A program made the translations under genes and the position numbers. The notes below the pieces were generated by a model, which was given only the letters and a program-made list of their open reading frames with translations, had not been told where the DNA came from and ran no database searches. 64,000 nucleotides of DNA from an uncultured Candidatus Saccharibacteria bacterium (lineage in GTDB: Bacteria; Patescibacteriota; Saccharimonadia; Saccharimonadales; Saccharimonadaceae): NCBI GenBank assembly GCA_964633035.1, contig CAZWCY010000002.1, positions 320 to 64,319 of the forward strand, read 5' to 3'. Positions 9,941 through 19,269 of this stretch are shown here, piece by piece. The first letter of the stretch is position 1; every line of letters begins with the position of its first letter.

Positions 9941-11488
9941 ATGCTACCAGAATTATTAATATCAAAGTTAAGAATATTATATCTTCATAGTAGACGACGA
10001 TATTTAATTAATAGTATTTCTCTGCTTAGCATCGTGGCTCTGTTGGTAGGAATTGGGCTTAGTCTATTCCCCGACCGCCTTCACTCTATGAATTCCGTTT
10101 ATGCCATTGAAGAAAATACTATCGATACTTTTGCCAGCCTCACTATTGACACTAGCAATATACAAGTTGCCGTTGCACCGGGGCAAGTTGGTTACGCCGC
10201 AAAGGATATCACTATTCAGGCTGAAGGTTCACTTGATTATGCACTTACCATCGTTGCACCAGCCTCTATTCAATCTGATTCTGGTAATACTACTTTAACC
10301 GCAGCAGGAGATAACCTAACGATAACTAACATGCCAGACAATAGCTGGGGTTATGCTTATAATCAAACCGGTAGCGTGGAGGACATGCTATATTCATCAT
10401 TCACTGGCACTAGCCAAGTTCTAGAATCTGGTAATGTTACTCCCGACAACCAACCGAGGACCTTAGCTTTTGCAGCCAAATTTGGCAACGATGCATCCAG
10501 CGGTCATTACTCTGCACAAATTCATCTCGCCTTAACTGCTACGCCCAATGATATTACTACGTATCAGCTAAGCTATGACGCCAATGGCGGCACTAACGCC
10601 CCTAGCCCTGACTCAGTTGAAAGCCGTTTGTCGTCTCATACATTTACAGTTGCTGCTCAAGGTAATTTGTCTCGAACAGGCTACAAGTTCTTAGGCTGGG
10701 CAAATTCCGCTGATGCTACAGAGAGTGTTTACGAGGCCGGGGTTAGCACCATTACATTGCAGGCTGATACTCCTACTAAAACACTCTATGCCGTATGGAA
10801 AGACATCAGAACCATAGGACAAATCACCACTATGCAACAAATGAATCCTGAGATTTGCAACAATACATCTACCGGCACAACTTATAACCTCAACGATACA
10901 CGCAACAATACTACCTACACTGTTCAAAAGTTTAACGACGGCCGTTGTTGGATGACGCAAAACCTCAAAATCACCAACCTCACGATTTATCCGTCTAATT
11001 CTAATATTTCAGTTGAAGAAGCACGGTTCTATATTCCGGCATCGAGCGATTCTGGCTTCGGTAGTTCCACCGGAAGCTATGCTTATGTTTCTGGCAGCAC
11101 CGGGTACTACTCTTGGTGTGCCGCTACGGCCGGATCCTGTACTAACCTCAGCGCCGGAATGGAAGCTAAGTCCTCAATTTGCCCTAAGGGTTGGGAACTT
11201 CCTTCTGGTGGCAGTAATGGCGAATACAGTATTTTCCTCAAAGCAGAAAATATCACTTCAGCTTCACAAATTACGCGCTCGCCATACAGTTTTACGGCTT
11301 CAGGTAGAATCGTCAGCAGCAACGCATCCTTAACCGGCGAAGGTAGTGGTCGTTATTGGACTCGTACCGCCAGCGGCGATGAAACTGCATATGAACTATA
11401 CTTCAAAAATGGCGGCGGTTTCAACCCAGGAACTGGCAGCAGCGGCCGCAGCAACGGGTTTGCAGTTCGCTGTATTGCTGCACAGTAA
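9941..11488 (+). CDS. Surface protein with InlB-B/Listeria-Bacteroides repeat and C-terminal Fib_succ_major (CLec-fold) domain; candidate DGR target
   Basis: N-terminal TM, YDANGG..GYKFLGW repeat, CWMTQNL, ICPKGWELP, YWTRT, GFAVRC; AGGAGG RBS. Confidence 0.85.
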   Translation: MLPELLISKLRILYLHSRRRYLINSISLLSIVALLVGIGLSLFPDRLHSMNSVYAIEENTIDTFASLTIDTSNIQVAVAPGQVGYAAKDITIQAEGSLDYALTIVAPASIQSDSGNTTLTAAGDNLTITNMPDNSWGYAYNQTGSVEDMLYSSFTGTSQVLESGNVTPDNQPRTLAFAAKFGNDASSGHYSAQIHLALTATPNDITTYQLSYDANGGTNAPSPDSVESRLSSHTFTVAAQGNLSRTGYKFLGWANSADATESVYEAGVSTITLQADTPTKTLYAVWKDIRTIGQITTMQQMNPEICNNTSTGTTYNLNDTRNNTTYTVQKFNDGRCWMTQNLKITNLTIYPSNSNISVEEARFYIPASSDSGFGSSTGSYAYVSGSTGYYSWCAATAGSCTNLSAGMEAKSSICPKGWELPSGGSNGEYSIFLKAENITSASQITRSPYSFTASGRIVSSNASLTGEGSGRYWTRTASGDETAYELYFKNGGGFNPGTGSSGRSNGFAVRCIAAQ

Positions 11489-11595
11489 CAGACATAGTAG
11501 AGATATGGCCCTAATGCCATATCTCTATTTTCTTCAAAAAGTAAATCCATTCCTTGCCCCTTCACCTCAATCAAATTCTATGTTATAATAGCCCT

Positions 11596-12894
11596 ATGAA
11601 AAAATTTAATACCGCGCCCATCAGTGGCATGCAAGAACTATTACCAAACCTTCAAGCCGAGTTTAACCGTCTTAAACATGGCATTTCTGCAGCTTTTGTG
11701 GCGCATGGTTTCCAGAATATCGAGACTCCCACTATCGACCGTACCGAGATTCTCCTCGCCAAGGCTGGTGGCGATACCGAAAAGCAGATTTACAAAGTCG
11801 TCAAGACTGCCGAGACTGCCGATGATGCTGACCAAGCTCTGCGCTTCGATCACACCGTGCCATTGGCTCGTTATGTTGTAGAGCACGCTAATGATCTTAC
11901 TTTCCCCTTCAAAGTTACCCAGATTGGTCGCAACTTCCGGGGTGAACGCGCCCAGAAAGGTCGCTTCCGTGAGTTTTATCAGTGCGATGTCGATGTGATT
12001 GGCTGGCAAACTCTCCCCATCACTTATGACGCCGACACTATTAGCACGCTCGCCAAAGCGTTGCAAGTTTTGCCGATTAAGAACTTCGTCGTTCGCATTA
12101 ATAACCGCAAGCTCCTCAGCGGTTTGCTGGCCGAGCTAAAATTGCAAGATCAATCCACTGAGATTTTTGACATTATTGACCACGCCGAAAAGGTCCCCGA
12201 ATCTACTACCATTGAGGCTTTCCAGAAACTTGGCCTCAGCGATACGGAAATCAACAAGATTACGACTTTTATTAAGATTCACGGTCAAGCTGCCGAGGTG
12301 ATTCCGCAACTCACCGCACTTGGCGTCAATAATGACACCTTCAATGAAGGCGTTAGCGAACTCAAAACCGTACTAGAATTACTTGAGCCGCGTGCCAACG
12401 ATCGCGTTGAGTTTACTGCCGACATGATGATTGTGCGCGGGCTGGATTACTATACTGGCACCGTTTTTGAGACTATTGCACCAGAGTATCGCCAGATTGG
12501 TTCTGTTTGCGGTGGTGGCCGCTATGAGAACCTCGCCCAAAATTACACCGATCAGCCACTGCCAGGCGTAGGTGGCTCGATTGGCCTAACACGCTTATTC
12601 TACGTTTTGCGTGAATATGGTCTAGTCGCAGCGAGCGAACAAAAGCCGGTCGATATTTGTATTGTACCAATTACTTTTGCCGAGATTGCAGCTGCCGAAC
12701 AGCTCGCCAATCAGCTCCGCGCTAACGGCAAATCTGTCGATGTGATTTTAACCGACAAGAAACTTGGTGACAAGATGAAATATGCTGGCAAAGTTGCCAA
12801 CTTCGCCGTGATTATTGGCGAAGACGAAGCCAAATCCGGTAACTACACTATCAAGGATTTAGCTACCGGCGAACAGAAACCGCTTGAGATTTAG
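11596..12894 (+). CDS. hisS: Histidine--tRNA ligase
   Basis: LRFDHTVP, FRGERAQKGRFREFYQCD, RGLDYYTG, GGGRY; start set at the ATG just after TGTTATAAT. Confidence 0.97.
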   Translation: MKKFNTAPISGMQELLPNLQAEFNRLKHGISAAFVAHGFQNIETPTIDRTEILLAKAGGDTEKQIYKVVKTAETADDADQALRFDHTVPLARYVVEHANDLTFPFKVTQIGRNFRGERAQKGRFREFYQCDVDVIGWQTLPITYDADTISTLAKALQVLPIKNFVVRINNRKLLSGLLAELKLQDQSTEIFDIIDHAEKVPESTTIEAFQKLGLSDTEINKITTFIKIHGQAAEVIPQLTALGVNNDTFNEGVSELKTVLELLEPRANDRVEFTADMMIVRGLDYYTGTVFETIAPEYRQIGSVCGGGRYENLAQNYTDQPLPGVGGSIGLTRLFYVLREYGLVAASEQKPVDICIVPITFAEIAAAEQLANQLRANGKSVDVILTDKKLGDKMKYAGKVANFAVIIGEDEAKSGNYTIKDLATGEQKPLEI

Positions 12895-13004
12895 CCACCA
12901 GCACGCAAAAACGCCCAGTATTTACCGCCAAGGCAAACCATGTCTAAAGCCGCGTCACATCGACACGGCTTTTGGACTATCCTAGGAACGGCTCATATCA
13001 GAAA

Positions 13005-13727
13005 CTACGACTTCCCTAACCCAGCATCCAAGTAGGCTTTTACGTAATCCCAGCCCCAATTATTATCAAACCCAGAAGTAGAAAACCGATTAAATTTAAA
13101 CGACGGCATACCATCAGCGGCCGGAATGGCTTTTTGGGTATTCGCAATCACCTCATCAAGTGCTTCATGATTAGTTACGCACTGGTCAAACTGCTCGCCT
13201 AAGCCTACTTCGTGACCAATCTGCAACCAATAATCTTCAGGCATGTTTTTGATCGGCGTCGCCGTTTTGCTGGAACCGATGCCCTTAGAATGATAATCAT
13301 CCCACAAACTCTGAATTGCATTATGATAATAATCCCAGAATTTGTCCTCGCGCATAGCACAATAGGTCGCCTCGGCCGCATCCCGCGAACCCTCAATCCC
13401 ACTACCCTCGTAGAGATAATCCGTCAACCTAATTTCAAACAAAATATCATGCTCAGCAATATAATCCTTAAACTCGTCCCAGTGGTGCATGATTTCGCGC
13501 GAGAACACATCACAGTATGGACACATCAAATCCGTATACATCACATAAGAATTCTTAGCTTGCATATCCCCCACGGTAGTTGCTTCGTTCCAGACTTGAT
13601 CGCCAGCCGCCGGCTTAGAAGTTAAGCTAATCACAATCAAGACCACAAAAACCAATGCCACCGCCACAATCGCGATTGTTCGCCAAATTCGCCCCATCTT
13701 GCTTTTTTGCTGATATTCTTCCATCAT
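13005..13727 (-). CDS. Membrane-anchored DsbA-like thioredoxin-fold protein
   Basis: N-terminal TM, YTDLMCPYC, AAEA..CA, FWDY, GMPSF. Confidence 0.85.
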   Translation of the reverse strand: MMEEYQQKSKMGRIWRTIAIVAVALVFVVLIVISLTSKPAAGDQVWNEATTVGDMQAKNSYVMYTDLMCPYCDVFSREIMHHWDEFKDYIAEHDILFEIRLTDYLYEGSGIEGSRDAAEATYCAMREDKFWDYYHNAIQSLWDDYHSKGIGSSKTATPIKNMPEDYWLQIGHEVGLGEQFDQCVTNHEALDEVIANTQKAIPAADGMPSFKFNRFSTSGFDNNWGWDYVKAYLDAGLGKS

Positions 13728-13740
13728 TCCTCTACTTTCT

Positions 13741-14400
13741 TTATTTGTGCGATGTTTTTCTGGCTCGCTGATGATGCGCCTCGCTAAGCATCATAACATA
13801 AGCATCTTTACCAATCCGCTTCAATGTGAATAAAGCTAAGATAATTGCGCCAGCCGTTAAAATGCCAGAAATTACTCCCGCTAGCATATAGCTGCTGGAG
13901 CTAAAAACCGCCCCCAGAATTGGCATCAGTAATGTTGTACCACAAGTTGGGCAGCCTGACCCCAGCACGGCTAAGCCTGCTACCAACCCCACGCTCTGCA
14001 CATTATCGGCATTTTGCGCTCCAGCCAGAGCCTGTTCCCGCTGACCCGCGCGCTTCTTTTGCCAGACTAAAATCACTAAACCAATTAACACGCTCTGTAA
14101 AAGCGTAATAAAGAATAGCAGCAACCAATCCCAGAAATTTCTCCCTACCCCGAAAATTGCTAGAAAGCTATCGCCAATGATGCGCAGCTTCCCCGCTCCA
14201 TCGGTCACCCAAAAGAGGTCCAACGCGGCCGAGCTACTAGACAGTAAATTCATCAGCGTACCAAAAATCAAAAAAGTCGCGAGTGTCACAATGATAAACT
14301 GACGGTTGCGCGTCGCTAGCAAAATACCAGTTAATGCCATCTTCCATTCATCAACCCAGCGGTCAAACCGTGCACCGAGCCGTTTCTCTCCACTCTTCAT
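13741..14400 (-). CDS. Membrane protein with GCPTCG (CxxC) motif
   Basis: About 4 TM segments, LGSGCPTCG; start set at ATG 14400 after TGCTATAAT. Confidence 0.8.
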   Translation of the reverse strand: MKSGEKRLGARFDRWVDEWKMALTGILLATRNRQFIIVTLATFLIFGTLMNLLSSSSAALDLFWVTDGAGKLRIIGDSFLAIFGVGRNFWDWLLLFFITLLQSVLIGLVILVWQKKRAGQREQALAGAQNADNVQSVGLVAGLAVLGSGCPTCGTTLLMPILGAVFSSSSYMLAGVISGILTAGAIILALFTLKRIGKDAYVMMLSEAHHQRARKTSHK

Positions 14401-14615
14401 ATCACCATTATAGCATAGGTTAGTATGACGTGGCAGAATTTTCAAAAGTTTTACCTATTCTTTCATTATAGCACACATACCCTCAAAAGTCAATACCATA
14501 GTGTTCGGTTTTTATAAATTAACAGGGGCAGATTTGTGGAAAAATCTGGTTTATTTTTACATATTTTAGGCAAAAATCAATCTTGACCACAACCACAAGC
14601 GTGATACAATAGTAA

Positions 14616-14733
14616 TAAGTTCGGACGAGATCTGACGTTGAGGGTCGCCTGAGCGAAAAATCAAAAATAACCGCATGGTGGAATAAATGCGTAAACTCTT
14701 TTAAAAATCCTGCTTACGATAGCAGGATTTTTT
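14616..14733 (+). ncRNA. Candidate stand-alone small RNA
   Basis: TTGACC...TGATACAAT promoter (14583-14610), no ORF, terminator AAAAATCCTGCT-TACGAT-AGCAGGATTTTT. Confidence 0.45.
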
Positions 14734-14837
14734 ACTGACTGCGGTTACTACTCAAATTGTCTGGGATATTATTGATTATTGAGTCTAGTTGAGCCAGATA
14801 CTAATTACCCCCTAACCTAGCACCGTTGTGACCGCTC

Positions 14838-15446
14838 CTAGTCTTCTTTACGCTTAAAGAATTCTTTACCAAGACCGCAAAGCGGGCAGCGATAATCGTC
14901 CGGAACTTCCTCGCCATAATAGATATAGCCGCAAGCCGTACAAACCCAAGCGGTTTTAGACTCAGTAGTTTTTACTTTGGCAAGATCGTCTTTATGCTCT
15001 TGATAATAATCATAAGTCATCGGCGTAGCAGTATCGTCAAAAACCTCACCCGTAATCATTTTACCGATAAAAATCGTATGCGTATCGTTTTCGATGGCGT
15101 CAATTTTTTCTAAAACCATATAACCGAGTGAGTTCTCGATTACCTGTACGCCCTCAACTTCATGAGTCTTGGTTTTGGCGAGCTTATCGATATCGCGCGA
15201 CGACTGAAAACCAAAAGTTGTAATCAAATCGGCATCGGCATTTTCGCCTAATACCGAAAGGGCAAACTTTTGATTTTGCTGCAAAAGTTGATTACTATGG
15301 TTTGCTTTTGCCACTGATACCGCCACCAGTGGCTGATTATCACTGGCGCCTACTCGGGTCACTGCGTCGACTACGCAGCCACCACCATCAGTAGTTAAAA
15401 TGTACATACCCTGAGTAATCTTATGTGTAATTTTTGAATTTGCCAT
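14838..15446 (-). CDS. Flavin reductase-like protein with C-terminal rubredoxin
   Basis: GMYILTT, THTIFIG, MTYDYY, WVCTACGYIY...CPLCG. Confidence 0.9.
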   Translation of the reverse strand: MANSKITHKITQGMYILTTDGGGCVVDAVTRVGASDNQPLVAVSVAKANHSNQLLQQNQKFALSVLGENADADLITTFGFQSSRDIDKLAKTKTHEVEGVQVIENSLGYMVLEKIDAIENDTHTIFIGKMITGEVFDDTATPMTYDYYQEHKDDLAKVKTTESKTAWVCTACGYIYYGEEVPDDYRCPLCGLGKEFFKRKED

Positions 15447-15707
15447 CTTCTCTCCCAATTTAGTCAAACTAATTAATGTAACTGATGAATCTAATTATAA
15501 ACTATTTTTACAAAAAGTGTATGGGGTGAAATTTTGGATGCGTCATGAGAAACGGTGGGCTTGCAGAACGTAGCCGAAATTTTACCTGCACAGTTCTGGA
15601 TAGCATTGACAAATTCATGATTTTTTGATATAAATAAGCTAAGGCTTTGCACAAGCACAGCCTCGTATTTTTAAGATCAATTATTATAGGAAAGGAAGTG
15701 GGAAACC

Positions 15708-16505
15708 ATGGAAGTTCGTGGCTTCGAAGTTGGCAAACTTATCGGTGAATCACCGCAACTGCGGCTCTATCTGGCCAGTAAAGAACAGCAACAGTATGTC
15801 ATGAAAGTCGCCAAGACCTTTGAAGATGGCGACATTCTGGCGACTGAAGCTGGCTGGTTCAAGCGAATGAGCGCCTTTGAAAAAGAGGTCGCCGAGCTGG
15901 AAAAAGAGACGGAGCGCAATCCGTCACGCTACGAATTGCTGTTTGCTGAACTCATCGACTCTTTCATGGAAGCATCGCAAGACGACCGCCGCATCAACAT
16001 TCTGGCTATGCCAGAAGTATCTCTGGACGCACTGACGCCGCTGGCAAAGTTGCGCGCGGAGACACACATTGATGCGCGCACTAGCGTCTGGATTCTGGGG
16101 CGGCTCTTTAAACTGTATAGCTTTTACGAGCTGATTGCTGAATCCGGCGACTGCCCGGTCATCACCTACACTACTTTTGCGCCTGGTGATTACCTGATTG
16201 CGCCGCGCACACACCGGCTGGTTTATTACAACCACACCGGCGGCATCCAAGACCTTAGTGCCCATACCTATGTCAAGGCTATCACTCAATTTATTTTGGA
16301 CTGGACGATTTTTGACGACAGCGATGCCAATGAGCACGCGTACCATGATTTACTCTTAGACCTTGCCAGTATTGGCGGCATTTCCTGCGAGTATGCGCAT
16401 GAACAGCTGTACAATTTAGTGAGGAAAGCCTGGGGTATAAAATATTACCCCTTCACCTATCGGAGCCCGGATAGCAATGTCTGGAGAAATATTGAGGAGG
16501 AATAA
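15708..16505 (+). CDS. Degenerate protein-kinase-like protein
   Basis: N-lobe-like LIGESPQLRLY..VMKVA, D.R...WIL.RL, C-terminal WG..YYPF; canonical HRD/DFG not evident. Confidence 0.55.
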   Translation: MEVRGFEVGKLIGESPQLRLYLASKEQQQYVMKVAKTFEDGDILATEAGWFKRMSAFEKEVAELEKETERNPSRYELLFAELIDSFMEASQDDRRINILAMPEVSLDALTPLAKLRAETHIDARTSVWILGRLFKLYSFYELIAESGDCPVITYTTFAPGDYLIAPRTHRLVYYNHTGGIQDLSAHTYVKAITQFILDWTIFDDSDANEHAYHDLLLDLASIGGISCEYAHEQLYNLVRKAWGIKYYPFTYRSPDSNVWRNIEEE

Positions 16506-16508
16506 AAA

Positions 16509-17684
16509 ATGGGAGACCATGGCATGTCGAGGACCGATTACGCCCAAGCCCGCAAACTCTATGGCGTCACCCAAGACCACGGCGTCACTAGGCAAGCCGA
16601 AGAGCGCGCCCGCAACACTGGCAAAATGGATCCGAGCGTCGACCCGGCGATTAATCCGGTTCGGCGTTCCCTGATCCGACTGAACCCCTACCGCAAGCAG
16701 TATGTTGTCACCGTGGGCTGCCCGATGGACATCGAGACCACAGGCGACACCACCGCCTCGATGGGCGGCGAGGTCGACCTGCTCATGCGCACTACGCCCG
16801 ATATCGCCGAAGAAGTTTCCGCAGTGCTGCCCGGCTATGACCCGCAGTTTGCACTGGGCATCTTTGGTGATTGTGGCGACCCCTTTGTGGCCTGTCGGCC
16901 GCAGTTTGAGATGGAATCGCGGAAAATTGTCGCCTATTTGAAGGAAATGATCCCCCAACGTGGCGGCTGCGCCAATCACGGCGAAGACCCGCAATACATG
17001 ATGTTTGCGCGGGCCTATTTGACCGAGACTTACGCCAGCAAAATCGGCCTCAAGGGCTATCATTTTGTTCTAACGGACGAGCCCTATCACGACCATCTCG
17101 ACCGAAAGCAGCTTAAACGTATCTTTGGCGACGAGATTTTCGATAAAGAACTGTCCGCCATGAAGAGAGATATCCCCACCGTGAGCGAAATGGTGCAGGA
17201 CCTCAAGAAGCAAACACATCAGTTTGTCTTCGTCCTGCAAAGCTACTGGTATTCCGATACCGTTGACCTCTGGCGCCAGCTCTGTGGCGAAAACTCCGTC
17301 ATCGTCATTCCCTCTACCCGCTACCAGCCCACTCTCATCTCTACCGTCATCGGTCTAACCGAGGGTACTGTCAGCGTGGGCGAGATTGAGCCGCGCTTGC
17401 GCAAGGCAGGCTGCTATTCTCCCGACCTGGAAGCTCAGCTGGCCGCCATCGACATTGGCGCGCAGGCTCGGTTACGGCACGCACTGCCGCACCCAGTGCC
17501 CAAGAAAGGCGATATTTTCGCCAACAAAACCAATCCCTGGCCGATTGGCAACGCCCTTGAGCGCACCGACGGTGCGTCGGCTTCTGATGGTGCCCAGCAG
17601 GTCGCCACAACCGAAAGCGCCGATTCCGAGAACAGATCTGGCATCGGAGGGGTTTCCCGATCGAGCGATATCCGTTACCTGTAA
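16509..17684 (+). CDS. vWA-domain-like protein
   Basis: MIDAS-like DTTASMG, GIFGD, QFE, GGCANHGE, YHFVLTDE. Confidence 0.7.
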   Translation: MGDHGMSRTDYAQARKLYGVTQDHGVTRQAEERARNTGKMDPSVDPAINPVRRSLIRLNPYRKQYVVTVGCPMDIETTGDTTASMGGEVDLLMRTTPDIAEEVSAVLPGYDPQFALGIFGDCGDPFVACRPQFEMESRKIVAYLKEMIPQRGGCANHGEDPQYMMFARAYLTETYASKIGLKGYHFVLTDEPYHDHLDRKQLKRIFGDEIFDKELSAMKRDIPTVSEMVQDLKKQTHQFVFVLQSYWYSDTVDLWRQLCGENSVIVIPSTRYQPTLISTVIGLTEGTVSVGEIEPRLRKAGCYSPDLEAQLAAIDIGAQARLRHALPHPVPKKGDIFANKTNPWPIGNALERTDGASASDGAQQVATTESADSENRSGIGGVSRSSDIRYL

Positions 17685-17742
17685 ACATTGATCTTTACTT
17701 TTAAAATTTGGTTTTATTAGCAGTAGCTGGAGGTGCTAATTT

Positions 17743-19065
17743 TTGGACAACATTTACATCGTCACCGACCTTGGGCCAGGCGACGGTGGCAAGGGCAGTG
17801 TAATACACGCCCTGGCTAACCGTTACGACGCTAGCGTCATCATCAAACGCGGTGGTGCACAAGGTTCACACGGTGTCCGCACCTCCAGAGGAGAAAGCTT
17901 TGCTTTCTCGCAATGGGGTTGTGGTACCTTGGAGGGTATACCGACTTTTTGTTCCGAACAACTAGTAATTTCGCCCGTTGTGATTTATAACGAAGCGAAG
18001 CTATTACAGGACAAAGCCGGCATTGCTGACCCTTTCGCAATGCTATTCATTGATCCCGCCTGCATTTGCGCAACACCTTATCACACCATCGCTTCTCAAA
18101 TTGAAGAGTTGAAGCTGGGCGATCACCCCCGCGGTACCGTTGGCACTGGCGTAGGGCAAGCTTATCGCGCTCACCAGAAATTGCAACCTGATTTGACTCT
18201 CCACGCTTCCGAGTTAACTCATCGCAAGATTATTCAAGATAAGTTATCGCGGCAGCGCCAGTATTACTCGGACTGCTATCTGAAGCTCGACTCCGAGAGC
18301 GTCTTACCAGAAGACCAAGTGCTTTTGCAAGACAATCTTGAGTTGTTACGCGATGATGGCTTCCTGAATTATTGCGTTGACTTATTTGTAGAAGTTGGTC
18401 AAAAGCTCAATTATCGACGGTTATCGGAAGTTTTAACCACTAAAGGCATTGGCATCGTGGAGTGCTCGCACGGCGTCTTAACGGATTGCACATATGGGCT
18501 CAAGCCTCATGTGAGCGCGCTTCCTACCCTGCCAAGCCATGCTGAACGCATGCTACGCCAAGTTGGCTACCAAGACAAGATTACACATCTTGCCGTACAT
18601 CGCGCCTACGAAATTCGTCATGGTGCTGGGCCTATCCCCACCTACGACGCCGGGTTCACCGTACAAATGTCACCGTACAGCCATAAGGCAGCGAACCGCT
18701 GGCAGGGCAAAGTTCGAGCTGGCCCGCTGGATTTTGAGCTGATGAAGTGTGCACGCGATATTTGCAAACAGCATGGTGTAGAATTTGCTGGTCTTTGCTT
18801 GACTTGGTTCGACCAAATCATTAAAAATGGCCGCAATTGGACTTTTTGCCCGCACTACCAGCAAGCCCCCAATATCACTGAGGACTATACGCAATTTCTC
18901 CTACACAAAGCTACGCCAAAACTTCATTGTTGCCAGACACCCAAGCACCAGTCTTTTGACTATGCTGCCAAGGTAATCCGCGAACAACTAGGCCTACCAC
19001 TAGCAATGCTTTCACTCGGACCCACTGAGCGCGACAAGATTTTTAACCACGCAATTTTACCGTAA
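17743..19065 (+). CDS. Divergent adenylosuccinate synthetase family protein
   Basis: DLGPGDGGKG P-loop, GGAQGSH, GTVGTGVG, RHGAGPIPT, R.GPLD, SLGPT; TTG start with GGAGG RBS. Confidence 0.85.
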   Translation: MDNIYIVTDLGPGDGGKGSVIHALANRYDASVIIKRGGAQGSHGVRTSRGESFAFSQWGCGTLEGIPTFCSEQLVISPVVIYNEAKLLQDKAGIADPFAMLFIDPACICATPYHTIASQIEELKLGDHPRGTVGTGVGQAYRAHQKLQPDLTLHASELTHRKIIQDKLSRQRQYYSDCYLKLDSESVLPEDQVLLQDNLELLRDDGFLNYCVDLFVEVGQKLNYRRLSEVLTTKGIGIVECSHGVLTDCTYGLKPHVSALPTLPSHAERMLRQVGYQDKITHLAVHRAYEIRHGAGPIPTYDAGFTVQMSPYSHKAANRWQGKVRAGPLDFELMKCARDICKQHGVEFAGLCLTWFDQIIKNGRNWTFCPHYQQAPNITEDYTQFLLHKATPKLHCCQTPKHQSFDYAAKVIREQLGLPLAMLSLGPTERDKIFNHAILP

Positions 19066-19157
19066 GACGCGCCTAGGCGGCCCAGGCTGACTGTCCTTGG
19101 CAACATCATCTGCGCTTAACGTGGATTATTGCTAAAACCAAATTCGCACTTTATCTA

Positions 19158-19182
19158 AGACCCCCATTGTGGGGGTCTTTTT
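19158..19182 (+). terminator. Intrinsic terminator after the kinase-vWA-PurA-like operon
   Basis: AGACCCCCA-TTG-TGGGGGTCT followed by a T-run. Confidence 0.75.
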
Positions 19183-19269
19183 CTGCCCATGAACCTCCTG
19201 ACCCAGTTATTTGGTTGATATCTAATTTTCCAACTGCAATGCGGCTAATTTTATGTTATAATATATATT

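Noticed and set aside
17743-19065. PurZ (2-aminoadenine DNA) assignment
   Set aside because: The P-loop retains Asp (GDGGKG) rather than the Ser typical of PurZ, and no phage, DatZ/MazZ or polymerase context is present
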